DNA of 64,000 nucleotides from Candidatus Magasanikiibacteriota bacterium (lineage in GTDB: Bacteria > Patescibacteriota > Patescibacteriia > Magasanikbacterales > GWA2-37-8): contig JBAYIZ010000002.1 of assembly GCA_041665405.1 (NCBI GenBank), forward strand, positions 7,300 through 71,299. The letters run 5' to 3'. Positions 1 through 9,076 of this stretch are shown in pieces (within the stretch, counting starts at the first letter, position 1; the number at the start of each line of letters is the position of its first letter). The translations under genes and the position numbers were made by a program. The notes under the pieces were generated by a model. It saw only the letters and a list, made by a program, of their open reading frames with translations. It searched no databases and was not told the origin of the DNA.

Positions 1-1421
1 AAATTAACCAAATCAGGATTAATATTATACAAAATAGTATATGAACCCCAAGCAATAATCAATCCAACGACAATTTGTCCAATCTTTTTAAAACCATTCA
101 CTCGTTCTTCACCGCCTAGTACAGTTATTTTTATTCCTACTACAATTATCATAACTACTCCGATGATGCTCACTATCACCATCGCCAATTTATAAATTGC
201 TGTCACGTATTCACCTATGTAGGGAAGGTGAAGGTATCCTTCTGAGTCAATATTGTTTTGTACGTCACTGAATTTCAGTTGAGGGATATTGATTTCAAGA
301 ACTGGTTTTTTTATTTGTAAATCAGCAGTAATTCCAGCTAGTTTAGGTAATGAGTTATATTTTTGCATTGATATTTCATCAAACCAACAAAAACCATCTT
401 GGCATATTCCTACGCCACCCAAATTTGCACATTCACTACTATTTTTGCATGATTTATCGGATTTTTTGCATATCTTTCCCTCACATGGAATAGTTGGAAC
501 GCCTTGTGATGCCAACCATGTATCTTGAGTGTATTGGCATGATTTTATAGTATTTGATCCACCACCCATTGGGCCTAAGTTAATTGTCGTAGAAATACAC
601 AAACCTGGTTTTCCATTGAGTATACAATCACTATCCGCGACGCATGTCTTATTGCTATCATAAAGATTGTCTTGGCATTTGTTTTCTAAACATTTTTGAC
701 CAGTTTTACATTGAGTATTGTTAGTGCAAGGTAAATTTTTAAATGATGCCAAGCATTCATTGAAACTGCTAAAAAGTTTATCAGTAGGGCTACATGTAGT
801 TCCTAGTGAGTTAGATAAACAAGTCGTTCCACTTTTGGCAACACAAAATTTTCCGGCCATGACCGTTTGTTTTTCCTGAGTACACAAATTAAAATTATCT
901 GGTTTGGTGTATTCTTTTATGGTATAAAATTGTTTTGGTATGTAATTTGAATTTAAAAATGCACTACACCCATTATTGGTTGGAACTGGAGCACATTCAA
1001 TTTGATTGGTGTTGGGATTAAAACCGAGACAAAAATATGGAATTTGTCCCACAGGAACAGGAAATTCTATGTCTTCTCCATTTGTACTTTGACAATAACT
1101 CAAATTATATGACAAGGCATTTCCACTAGAGCATTTCCAGTTACCACCATCTTTAGGAGGATTATATTGTTCATTACATGAATTTTTTCCTATCAGTGGG
1201 TTGTAGCACGTACAAAAATATTGGGGTTCATTATTTTGTTTTGGCAAAGTACTTTCCTGGCAGTCATGATTAGCACCAACCTCACATTCATCATTTGATG
1301 CCCACTCTGTGCAAGTGTCTCCGATTTCGCTTTTACTATAAGCTAAAGAGATGTTTAAATTAAAACCAAAAATAATAAAAAGTATAAAAAATATTTTAAT
1401 TATATTTTTTTTAAAAATCAT
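1..1421 (-). CDS. Partial (3'-truncated at window edge) cysteine-rich secreted protein; N-terminal signal/TM (MIFKKKNIIKIFFIL...), >40 Cys, C-terminal two hydrophobic helices separated by a short charged loop (VirB2/TrbC-pilin-like topology)
   Basis: Hand translation of the minus strand from ATG at 1419-1421. The frame was verified open at three separated points (1380-1421, 540-600, 1-17). Not in the ORF track because no stop lies inside the window. The only track ORF here (289..528 +) lies inside it. Confidence 0.6.
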   Translation of the reverse strand, partial: MIFKKNIIKIFFILFIIFGFNLNISLAYSKSEIGDTCTEWASNDECEVGANHDCQESTLPKQNNEPQYFCTCYNPLIGKNSCNEQYNPPKDGGNWKCSSGNALSYNLSYCQSTNGEDIEFPVPVGQIPYFCLGFNPNTNQIECAPVPTNNGCSAFLNSNYIPKQFYTIKEYTKPDNFNLCTQEKQTVMAGKFCVAKSGTTCLSNSLGTTCSPTDKLFSSFNECLASFKNLPCTNNTQCKTGQKCLENKCQDNLYDSNKTCVADSDCILNGKPGLCISTTINLGPMGGGSNTIKSCQYTQDTWLASQGVPTIPCEGKICKKSDKSCKNSSECANLGGVGICQDGFCWFDEISMQKYNSLPKLAGITADLQIKKPVLEINIPQLKFSDVQNNIDSEGYLHLPYIGEYVTAIYKLAMVIVSIIGVVMIIVVGIKITVLGGEERVNGFKKIGQIVVGLIIAWGSYTILYNINPDLVN

Positions 1422-1422
1422 A

Positions 1423-2079
1423 TTATTTTGTAATAAGTTTTGTCAGCATTTCAGTAATACTGACGTCATTGTCTAAATTTATTCTTTTATTATTTGCATA
1501 AATTGTTGGCACTTTATCGATTCCAAGGGTATTGGCTGTAGCGAGAGTGTGAGCAATTTTTTGTTTGGCATCTTCGGAATTTACACATTGCCACCAGCTA
1601 GCAGTATCCAATTTCAAATCATTGGCCACTTTCGTAAGACCTGACTCGTTGGAAACATTTTTTTGAGTATATAAAATATCTACATATTGCCAATATTTAT
1701 CTTGTTTACCTGCACAAAAGGCACTACGATGAGCGAGATCGTTGGTTTTAAAAATTAAACTTTGACGAGGTAAATCTTTTAGAAACAATCGTACATCCAA
1801 CGGATGTTCTCTAACAAATTTATTAATCTCAAAATATTTAAGTCTACACGCAGAACAAGAAAAATCACTAAATAATACTAGAGTGAGTGGGGCGCCAGGA
1901 TTTCCTAATATTTGATCATCATTTTCGGTCAAGTTTTCATAGTACCCTTCACTAAAAAGTGGGGTGACGGACGGTTTAACGGTAATTTTTCTAGTTTTTA
2001 TCAATTGCACTGTGAAAATTGACCCAGCGGTGATTACCGCTAACAGCAATAGTAGATAAAATTTATTAGTTGGATGCAT
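1423..2079 (-). CDS. DsbA-like thiol:disulfide oxidoreductase (thioredoxin fold, CxxC = CSAC), N-terminal membrane anchor
   Basis: N-terminal hydrophobic segment followed by a ...LVLFSDFSCSACRLKY... CxxC motif typical of the DsbA/thioredoxin family. It is adjacent to a Cys-rich secreted protein. Confidence 0.7.
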   Translation of the reverse strand: MHPTNKFYLLLLLAVITAGSIFTVQLIKTRKITVKPSVTPLFSEGYYENLTENDDQILGNPGAPLTLVLFSDFSCSACRLKYFEINKFVREHPLDVRLFLKDLPRQSLIFKTNDLAHRSAFCAGKQDKYWQYVDILYTQKNVSNESGLTKVANDLKLDTASWWQCVNSEDAKQKIAHTLATANTLGIDKVPTIYANNKRINLDNDVSITEMLTKLITK

Positions 2080-2096
2080 ATTAGCGATAAATTAAA

Positions 2097-3332
2097 TTAT
2101 AATTTAATTTCAAAGACACCACTTTGGATTGTGTCTGTGAAGAAAACTTTATTTTTTGCTTGATCGTAGTTTATGCTTTTGATGACGTAATCACCGCCCA
2201 AAGAAATATTACTTTTCAAACCAGTTTTCAAATCAATTTTGTACATGTCGTCATTATTGTAAGCCGCAATTTCCGGCATTATACCAGCGCCCTGTTGGAG
2301 CTCACGTGGCACTGCGCAATAGAGTATATTATCACCAGCGAAAGTGCATTTGTCTGCCCAGGTGTTTAATTTGAGCATTTGACGATTACTTCCGATGTTG
2401 TCGCCGTAGGAATCTACCACCCAAAGTTCTGGTTTGAAGTCACTGCGAGTGCTATACACACTGTATAAAAGTTTTTGTCCAGTAGGTGACCATTGTGGTT
2501 GGAAACCAAGGCCTTCGACAACAGTGGACTTAAAATTTTCTCCGTTCAATCCAACAAATAAAACTTCACGTCTTTCTCCACCAAGCGGTTCGCCAGTTTG
2601 AGAAAAGGCAACAGTCTGACGACTGGGGGACCAATCTACTTGCACTTTGCTTGCATTATTTCCCATCGGTTCTACCAAAGTGGTACCACTGCCATCATCA
2701 TTGATGGTGACCAGCCAGCGATTTTCTGGTGATAGCCCAATACTTTTGGCGGCAATTTGATTACTATCTGGTGAAAAAGAAAATTCTGACCAATGTTTTG
2801 GCAAGGTTACTTGTTTTTGTTTTTCAAAGTTATAAATAGTTTTTGATCCGTCGGGATATTCCAATACAGCTTTGTCATTGTTGTTCGCCCAAGTGACGTT
2901 GCTGACATTGTAAAATGTTTGATCGGAAAGAGAGACAATTTTTCCATCACTAGTGAGGCGATAAAATTTGCCGTCGGTAGCATTGTAATATCGCATGTTG
3001 CCAGTTTGATTAAAACCTGGATAACTGACAAATTCTGAAGTCAATTTGACTACCGGTTCTGGTTTTACATATCCGCCCTGAGTGGTTTGAGGAATTGATG
3101 GTGGAGTAGTTTCGATACCGCGGCCGAGTTGTCCACCTGCTGGGATTTCTGTTGAGGGTGTGACAATTCTTTCTCCAGCTCCAGGTAGTTGCCCGGGTGT
3201 CTGGGTAACTACAGTAGTGGTGGTTGGTGCTGTTGTCGTTTTTTTGAAAAGGAAATATAGACCAAAACCAATCATAGCGGCGGTGACCAACAGCGCGATA
3301 ATTAGGAGGATGCGTTTGAGAGCTGGGTTCAT
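2097..3332 (-). CDS. Membrane-anchored TolB-like beta-propeller protein (PD40/WD40-like repeats) with Thr/Pro-rich linker
   Basis: N-terminal TM, TTAPTTTTVVTQTP linker, and repeated ...SPDG/SPDS/SPTG... motifs (FSFSPDSNQIA, DWSPSRQTVAF, QWSPTGQKLLY) characteristic of PD40 propeller blades. Confidence 0.6.
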   Translation of the reverse strand: MNPALKRILLIIALLVTAAMIGFGLYFLFKKTTTAPTTTTVVTQTPGQLPGAGERIVTPSTEIPAGGQLGRGIETTPPSIPQTTQGGYVKPEPVVKLTSEFVSYPGFNQTGNMRYYNATDGKFYRLTSDGKIVSLSDQTFYNVSNVTWANNNDKAVLEYPDGSKTIYNFEKQKQVTLPKHWSEFSFSPDSNQIAAKSIGLSPENRWLVTINDDGSGTTLVEPMGNNASKVQVDWSPSRQTVAFSQTGEPLGGERREVLFVGLNGENFKSTVVEGLGFQPQWSPTGQKLLYSVYSTRSDFKPELWVVDSYGDNIGSNRQMLKLNTWADKCTFAGDNILYCAVPRELQQGAGIMPEIAAYNNDDMYKIDLKTGLKSNISLGGDYVIKSINYDQAKNKVFFTDTIQSGVFEIKL

Positions 3333-3341
3333 ATGTTTAAT

Positions 3342-4967
3342 TTATTTAAGATTTTTATCTTTTATTTCTTTTATAGGTGGTTTTCCCTTCGTTGGATCGT
3401 TTACTTGAATTTTTTTCCAACTATCTGCATCTTCTTTTCTTTCTTGTTTAGTGGCCGAAAGAAGTTGATTGATTTGGACTATTCTTTTTCTCAGTTTAAT
3501 TTTTTTCTTGAGTGGCTCTATCATCTTTTTTATTTTTTCAATCATTGGGTCTATATTATCTTTGATAATTGAGCGTATGGCTTTACTAATTTTTCCAGTG
3601 CCTGCTCCAAATTTAAAGAAAAAAATCGGTATTGCTATGATTGGTGAAAGAATTATAATTATGATACCTACTATTATTTCAACCAACGCGACGCCAATTT
3701 TTATAGCATGGATCACAGATTCTATATAATCTGCGATGGCTATCAGTGCATAAAGAAGAGTCTTGATAGTACGAAGTGTCAGAAGAGCAGCCTTTAACTT
3801 CGCTATTTTTACCACATCTTTTGCATTCGCCTTACCAAAAGTAAGCGAAGTGAGTTGATTGTAAATGGGGCGAGCAAAGGTCCTTAAAATCAGCATTGCT
3901 GGGTTAGTTTTCATTCCCTCAACTGTATTTTCCAGACCAGCTAATTCAGTTCCCAGTTTCTTTCTTTCTTTCTTTAGTTTCTTTTTTCGACTACGATCAC
4001 TTTCCAAATTACTTTTTATTTTATTCATCATTTTTCCAGGTGTCTCCTTTACGCTCTTGACAGTATTATCTACTTTGTTTTTAATTGTTTCTCCTATTCT
4101 ACCGCCTGTTCCTTTATTGGCCCTATCTGAAGCCATATCAGAAGCTGTTTGAGCCTGATTTTGTGGCGCGATCACACCAGGGGTTGTCGATCCAGTTGGA
4201 TGTGGGCCAGTTTCACTGAGAGCACTTTCTGGAACTTTCGGAGGAGTCGTATCTCTCTGTTCAGAAACACTGGATGTTGGTGTTTGATCTGGAGCGGCTG
4301 TGGGTGGTGTTTGTTCAGGAGCAGGTTGGTTTGTGGTCGGTTCTCCAGGTTTGGGTGTTTTTGGTTCTTCTGTGATAGGAGGTTCTTCTGTCGGTTTTTG
4401 TTCCTCTGTTGGTTGCTCAGGTGGTACTTCAGTCGGTGGTTGTTCTGGAGCAGTTTCAGTTGGAGGTGTCGACGGAGTTTGTTCTGGGGTGGGTTGTTTG
4501 GTGTTTGGTTTTCCAGGTTTAGGTGCTTCTGGTTCTCCCACAGTTGGGGTACCTTCTGTTGGTGGTTGTCCTTCGGTTGATTGTTCAGGAGGTGCTTCAT
4601 TCGGTGTCTGTGTCGGAGAGGATTGATTAACAGGTGCTGACTCAACCGGTTTCTCTTCTTCGTCAGGGGCGTCAGATGGTGTGGAATTTTCCTGATTGTC
4701 GTTGACGGCTGATGGTGAAGAAGGTAGACTCCCGAGCTCGTTTGCTTTTTTTGGGAATGGTATAATTTTAGCGTTACCATTAGCCTCAGTGCTGGTTGTT
4801 TTTTTAGTTGGTATTTCTAGTTTTATTACTTCGCCATTTCCAGCTATCTGTGCGCTTCCACCCTCTACTTCTGTTTTTTCAATTTTAAATTTATCACCAT
4901 TAGTTGAGGGTTTGTCACCACCTGATTTTTCCTCTTCTTCAATAGGTTTTCTGGCAAGATTTGCCAT
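3342..4967 (-). CDS. Hypothetical membrane protein with long Pro/Thr/Glu-rich low-complexity repeat region and C-terminal TM helices
   Basis: 541-aa ORF. About 280 aa of PTEEQKPTEEPP / PEQTP-type repeats, encoded by imperfect tandem DNA repeats of about 165-190 bp around 4290-4620. The C-terminal part has hydrophobic helices. No recognisable enzymatic motif. Confidence 0.5.
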   Translation of the reverse strand: MANLARKPIEEEEKSGGDKPSTNGDKFKIEKTEVEGGSAQIAGNGEVIKLEIPTKKTTSTEANGNAKIIPFPKKANELGSLPSSPSAVNDNQENSTPSDAPDEEEKPVESAPVNQSSPTQTPNEAPPEQSTEGQPPTEGTPTVGEPEAPKPGKPNTKQPTPEQTPSTPPTETAPEQPPTEVPPEQPTEEQKPTEEPPITEEPKTPKPGEPTTNQPAPEQTPPTAAPDQTPTSSVSEQRDTTPPKVPESALSETGPHPTGSTTPGVIAPQNQAQTASDMASDRANKGTGGRIGETIKNKVDNTVKSVKETPGKMMNKIKSNLESDRSRKKKLKKERKKLGTELAGLENTVEGMKTNPAMLILRTFARPIYNQLTSLTFGKANAKDVVKIAKLKAALLTLRTIKTLLYALIAIADYIESVIHAIKIGVALVEIIVGIIIIILSPIIAIPIFFFKFGAGTGKISKAIRSIIKDNIDPMIEKIKKMIEPLKKKIKLRKRIVQINQLLSATKQERKEDADSWKKIQVNDPTKGKPPIKEIKDKNLK

Positions 4968-4972
4968 AAATA

Positions 4973-7489
4973 TTATTTAACAAACAGTTGCTTTTCGTTA
5001 ATATCCAAAGTGTACTGTTTTTTATTTTTCTTTTTCAAAATTTCGGTAGCCATTAATTTTTCTATGGCCGTTCGTAGCTCACGGCGAATAGTGCGGGCAT
5101 TGGCGTTGGTAGTCGGAAGGGAAGCAACATAATCTGAAAGTATTTTTTCCTTGGTAATTACCTTGGTGTGATATTGCGCGAGCTGTTCGTTGAATTTCGC
5201 GATTTCTAGTTCGGCAATTTTGGCTAGATCAATGGCAGTCAAAGTATTGAACAAACAAATTTTATCCAAGCGATTGATAAGCTCAGGAGAAAAATATTCT
5301 TTTAGCTTTTCGGTAATTTTTTTATTATAAACTTCACTCTGAGCACCAGTTCCGCCAAAGCCAAAATCGGCACGTTTGGCGACTTCTGCACCCAACGAAG
5401 TGGTTAGTATTATTATAGCATGTTTTAAAGAAATTTTCTTCCCCGTAGAGTCGGTAATTTCCCCATTTTCCAGAATTTGTAATAATAGCTTGGTGACGTC
5501 TCTGTGTGCCTTGTCTATTTCATCAAAAAGCACTACGCAATGTGGGTTGTTTTTTATCTTGTCGGTAAAATTATTACTCTCTTTATAGCCAATATAACCG
5601 GCGGGAGAACCCAAAAGTTTGGACACGCCAAAACTTTCATTGAATTCGCTCATGTCCAATTTTATTAATGAACCTTTGTTTGGGTATAGAGTTTCAGCGA
5701 TAGTTTTGGCCAGTTCGGTTTTGCCCATACCACTTTGGCCGACAAACATAAAAGAGGCTAGTGGTCTATCTGGGTGGTTGAGCCCGAGTCTAGCGCGATT
5801 AATAATTTCGGCGACTTCATGCGTTACATTGTCTTGTCCGATGACTAGCGATTTTAATTTATCTTCCAAATCTAGTAATTCATTTTTTTCTTCCATGATA
5901 AGTTCACTCGGTTTAGATCCAATAATTTTAGCAATTTGTTCTAATACATCATGGTCGGTAATTTCACCGAGAAATTCAGTCTTTTTTTCTTTAGCAATTT
6001 TATTTTCAATATCTATTTCAAGTTTTAATTTTTCTTCTTGTTTTTTGAATTTTACTGCATCGTCAAATTTATCTGAAAGTGCGGCTGCTTCTTTAGCGGA
6101 AATTATTTTTTCTAATTTTTGTTTGAGACGTTCTATTTTTCCCACCCAAGAAGAATTTTTGGAGTTGATTCTTTTCGCGGCGGCAGTTTCGTCTAATATG
6201 TCGATAGCCTTATCTGGTAAAAATTTATTGGTGATGTATCTCTGTGACAGACGAACCGATGCTTCTACCGCAGATTTAGTAATTTTTATACTGTGAAAAA
6301 TTTCGTAGTTGGTTTTAATTCCTTCAAGAATTTTTACTGAATCTTCGGCCGTTGGCTCTTTGACAAAAATAGGTTGGAAGCGACGTTCTAGTGCCGAATC
6401 ACTTTCAATGTGCTTTTTGAATTCATTTAAAGTGGTAGATCCAATACAGCGAATTTGGCCTCGTGCTAGCGCTGGTTTGAGAATATTGGCGGCATCCATA
6501 GTACCTTGGCCACTGCCCGCTCCGACGATGTTGTGCAATTCATCGATAAATAAAATAATATTTGGATTGGCCGCGACGTCATCAATCACCTGGCGCAGAC
6601 GTCCTTCAAATTCACCGCGATAAATAGTACCAGCAATCAGTAACCCCATATCGAGGGCGTAGACTTTTTTGTTTAACAAAATATCTGGTACTTTATTTTG
6701 TAAAATACGTTTGGCTAGACCTTCGACGATAGCAGTTTTACCAACACCAGGTTCACCCAATAGTACCGGATTATTTTTAGTACGGCGACAAAGAATTTGA
6801 ATCAATCTTTCGATTTCGTTTTCTCGTCCGATGATTGGATCAATATTTTTTTGTAATTCCGGATTGGTAAGATTGGTGGCAAAAAAATCCAGAGCCATTT
6901 CTTTTTTACCAGATCGTTTATTATTTTTTGATGAGATAGGGGACTGATGCACATCACTATGTTCTGATCCCAACAAACTATCTTGGATTCTATCTACCGC
7001 TTCCATTACTTCATTTATTTGGGGGAATTGTGAGGCATTGGTAAGTACAATATTTAGTTGTTTGGAAATATCCGTCAACGAAACTTTATTATCTTTTAAA
7101 ATTAAATTAATTTTAGGATCATTTAGTTCGATTGTTCCTTTCAACAAATGCTCTGTGCCAATATAGTTGTGTAAATGTTCTTGAGCGATAGTCATAGCCT
7201 TTTCCACTGCAAATTTTGCGTCAGCGGACAATGCGGTCATTTCTATTTCTGTTGTGTTAGTTGTCTTTTTGATATTAGCAGTCGGCAGTTCCAAAATTAT
7301 TTTTTCCACGTTTTTTAAATCAATTTTTAGACGGTTTAATATTTCAGCCGCCACAGAGCCTTTTTGGTTTTGTAAAATGAAAAACAGATGAACAGGCTCT
7401 ACCTCTTTATTTTCTAGCTTTGTCGCCAATTGAATGCTTTTGCTCAGTACGTCTTTAAGGTGGGTTGAAAATCTATCTAAAATAGACAT
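4973..7489 (-). CDS. clpC: Clp/Hsp100 AAA+ ATPase, ClpC-like (two NBDs, Clp_N domain, putative ClpP-docking FGF loop)
   Basis: Clp N-terminal repeat region. NBD1 Walker A GEPGVGKT and NBD2 Walker A GQSGMGKT. Short middle domain and a ...RADFGFGG... loop resembling the ClpP-interaction tripeptide, favouring ClpC over ClpB. Confidence 0.85.
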   Translation of the reverse strand: MSILDRFSTHLKDVLSKSIQLATKLENKEVEPVHLFFILQNQKGSVAAEILNRLKIDLKNVEKIILELPTANIKKTTNTTEIEMTALSADAKFAVEKAMTIAQEHLHNYIGTEHLLKGTIELNDPKINLILKDNKVSLTDISKQLNIVLTNASQFPQINEVMEAVDRIQDSLLGSEHSDVHQSPISSKNNKRSGKKEMALDFFATNLTNPELQKNIDPIIGRENEIERLIQILCRRTKNNPVLLGEPGVGKTAIVEGLAKRILQNKVPDILLNKKVYALDMGLLIAGTIYRGEFEGRLRQVIDDVAANPNIILFIDELHNIVGAGSGQGTMDAANILKPALARGQIRCIGSTTLNEFKKHIESDSALERRFQPIFVKEPTAEDSVKILEGIKTNYEIFHSIKITKSAVEASVRLSQRYITNKFLPDKAIDILDETAAAKRINSKNSSWVGKIERLKQKLEKIISAKEAAALSDKFDDAVKFKKQEEKLKLEIDIENKIAKEKKTEFLGEITDHDVLEQIAKIIGSKPSELIMEEKNELLDLEDKLKSLVIGQDNVTHEVAEIINRARLGLNHPDRPLASFMFVGQSGMGKTELAKTIAETLYPNKGSLIKLDMSEFNESFGVSKLLGSPAGYIGYKESNNFTDKIKNNPHCVVLFDEIDKAHRDVTKLLLQILENGEITDSTGKKISLKHAIIILTTSLGAEVAKRADFGFGGTGAQSEVYNKKITEKLKEYFSPELINRLDKICLFNTLTAIDLAKIAELEIAKFNEQLAQYHTKVITKEKILSDYVASLPTTNANARTIRRELRTAIEKLMATEILKKKNKKQYTLDINEKQLFVK

Positions 7490-7571
7490 AATTATCGGAT
7501 TAAGTTGCTTTAAGAATAAGGATATTATATAATGAAAGAGCCTAATTTACAAGCTAAAAAATGATAAAAAT

Positions 7572-8945
7572 ATGTTTCCAAAACAGGTATTTAAAGCCTA
7601 TGATATCCGCGGTTTGGTAGAGGGAGAACTCAACGATGATATAGCCTATCGGATTGGACGTTCTTACGGTGTATTTTTGCGTGATTTTTATAAAGATTGG
7701 AATGGTAAAAGTGTAGTGGTAGGCAGAGATATGCGCGCCACCAGCCCGCAATTTGCCAAAGAAGTCACTAGGGGGCTCAATGACGAAGGGTTGAATGTTG
7801 TTGACATAGGTTTGGCTAGCACTCCATCGTTTAATTTTGCCTGTACATTTTACCCTGAGCATGTGGCTGGGATAATGGTGACCGCTTCCCATAATCCAGC
7901 CGAATATAATGGTTTCAAAATGACTTTGGGAGATGGAACACCAGTAGGAGGCAAAAATGGTATGGATAAAATACGGGATGTAGCAGAGAAAATGGACAAC
8001 ACTGTCATTCCCGCGAAAGCGGGAATCCAAGCAGGCATCACAAAAAAGGATGTGGTATCGGATTATTTAAACAAAATACTTTCAATTGTAAAAGTTGAGG
8101 GAATAAAACCATTAAAAATAGTGATAGATGCAGGCAACGGTATGGCCGATGTGACTTTCCCTAGTTTATTAAAAAAATTGCCAGTGCAGGTAGAGTATTT
8201 ATTTTTGGAACCAGACGGTACTTTTCCAAACCATGAGGCCAATCCATTAAAAACTGAAACATTAAAAGATTTGCAAAAAAAAGTTTTGGAAACTGGAGCG
8301 GATTTTGGTTTTGCTTTGGATGGTGATGTCGATCGTTTTGGTTTGGTAGATGAAAAAGGGGAGGTGGTAGAGGCGTCTTTTGTCGGAGCATTGTGTGGTG
8401 TGGAAATTTTGAGTGAGCACCCAGGGGCACACATGCTCTATGATTTGCGATCAAGCAAAATTTTGAAAGAAACATGGGAGGCCAATGGTGCCACCACCGA
8501 TATGTGTCCGGTCGGGCATGCCAATATCAAGAGGATGATGAAAGAACAAAAAGCAGAGTTTGCTAGTGAACTATCTCTGCACATGTATTTTCATGAAATG
8601 AGCGATGTAGAAAGTACAGATCTAGCACTATTATATTTCTTACGATTGTTGTCGCGTACTGGCAAAAAGATGAGTGAATTGGTGTTGCCATTTAAAAAAT
8701 ATTTTCATGCTGGAGAAATCAATTTTGAAGTGAAGGATAAAGAAAAGGTCTTGAACAATTTACGTGTTCAATATGGTGATGCTAAAATTATTGAGTTGGA
8801 CGGGTTGTCTTTTGAGTATCCAACCTGGTGGTTTAATGTGAGAGCAAGTAACACGGAACCGGTATTGAGGTTGAATTTGGAGGCAAATACAAAAGAGGAA
8901 ATGGAAGAAAAATTAGCTGAGGTCAGGCAAATAATCGAAGGGTAA
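7572..8945 (+). CDS. Phosphomannomutase/phosphoglucomutase (alpha-D-phosphohexomutase family)
   Basis: N-terminal KAYDIRG motif, active-site TASHNPAEYNGFK, four-domain length (457 aa). Contains an in-frame copy of the 27-nt hairpin element (VIPAKAGIQ). Confidence 0.85.
   Translation: MFPKQVFKAYDIRGLVEGELNDDIAYRIGRSYGVFLRDFYKDWNGKSVVVGRDMRATSPQFAKEVTRGLNDEGLNVVDIGLASTPSFNFACTFYPEHVAGIMVTASHNPAEYNGFKMTLGDGTPVGGKNGMDKIRDVAEKMDNTVIPAKAGIQAGITKKDVVSDYLNKILSIVKVEGIKPLKIVIDAGNGMADVTFPSLLKKLPVQVEYLFLEPDGTFPNHEANPLKTETLKDLQKKVLETGADFGFALDGDVDRFGLVDEKGEVVEASFVGALCGVEILSEHPGAHMLYDLRSSKILKETWEANGATTDMCPVGHANIKRMMKEQKAEFASELSLHMYFHEMSDVESTDLALLYFLRLLSRTGKKMSELVLPFKKYFHAGEINFEVKDKEKVLNNLRVQYGDAKIIELDGLSFEYPTWWFNVRASNTEPVLRLNLEANTKEEMEEKLAEVRQIIEG
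8003..8029 (+). repeat. Copy A of 27-nt GNRA-hairpin repeat (tgtcattcccgcGAAAgcgggaatcca), in-frame inside the phosphohexomutase CDS
   Basis: 8-bp stem attcccgc/gcgggaat with GAAA loop. Same element at 12688, 28814 and 39931 with compensatory stem changes. Confidence 0.75.
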
Positions 8946-8960
8946 ATTTGTTAAATAAAC

Positions 8961-9066
8961 AAAATACCGCCAATAGTGACTTTTTAGCTTTCCTCACCCC
9001 GCGAGGGGCTCGGGGATGAACCTCGGTTCATAACCCGCTAAAAAGTAACTATTGGCGGTATTTTTT
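8961..9066. repeat. Copy 1 of ~105-nt palindromic element (A-run...T-run outer inverted repeat, conserved core with GCGA-loop hairpin and 'cataacccgct' motif); probable bidirectional terminator / structured RNA between convergent genes
   Basis: Outer stem aaaataccgccaatagt/actattggcggtatttt. Inner stems gactttttagc/gctaaaaagt and ccccGCGAgggg. Related copies at 22245-22356 and 60336-60412 (reverse). Confidence 0.65.
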
Positions 9067-9076
9067 GCTATAAAAC

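Noticed and set aside
289-528. 79-aa plus-strand ORF near window start
   Set aside because: It lies inside the long open minus-strand frame of the Cys-rich partial CDS. It has no motifs and is probably spurious.
4149-4780. Several overlapping ORFs on both strands (4149..4580, 4172..4780, 4300..4626) within the PT-rich gene
   Set aside because: The repetitive, G/T-rich repeat DNA keeps alternative frames open. The products are low-complexity (Cys/Gly/Ser/Trp or Asn/Gln/His). They are nested in the longer 541-aa ORF that continues the clpC operon.
7554-8041. Minus-strand ORFs 7554..8030 and 7850..8041 (MDSRFRGNDS..., ...IPAFAGMT...) and similar ORFs at 12653..12862, 28533..28841, 39810..40004
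   Set aside because: They are antisense to strong conserved genes (pgm, leuS) or intergenic. Their only distinctive peptides (FRGND/FHGND, IPAFAGMT) are frame translations of the 27-nt hairpin repeat, so they are repeat-driven artefacts.
8961-9066. Hammerhead-ribozyme-like core (GAUGAA near ggggatgaacc) or integron attC site in the palindromic element
   Set aside because: The CUGAUGA...GAAA hammerhead core is not conserved between copies. No GTTRRRY/RYYYAAC attC core sites flank the element. Left as an unclassified structured element.
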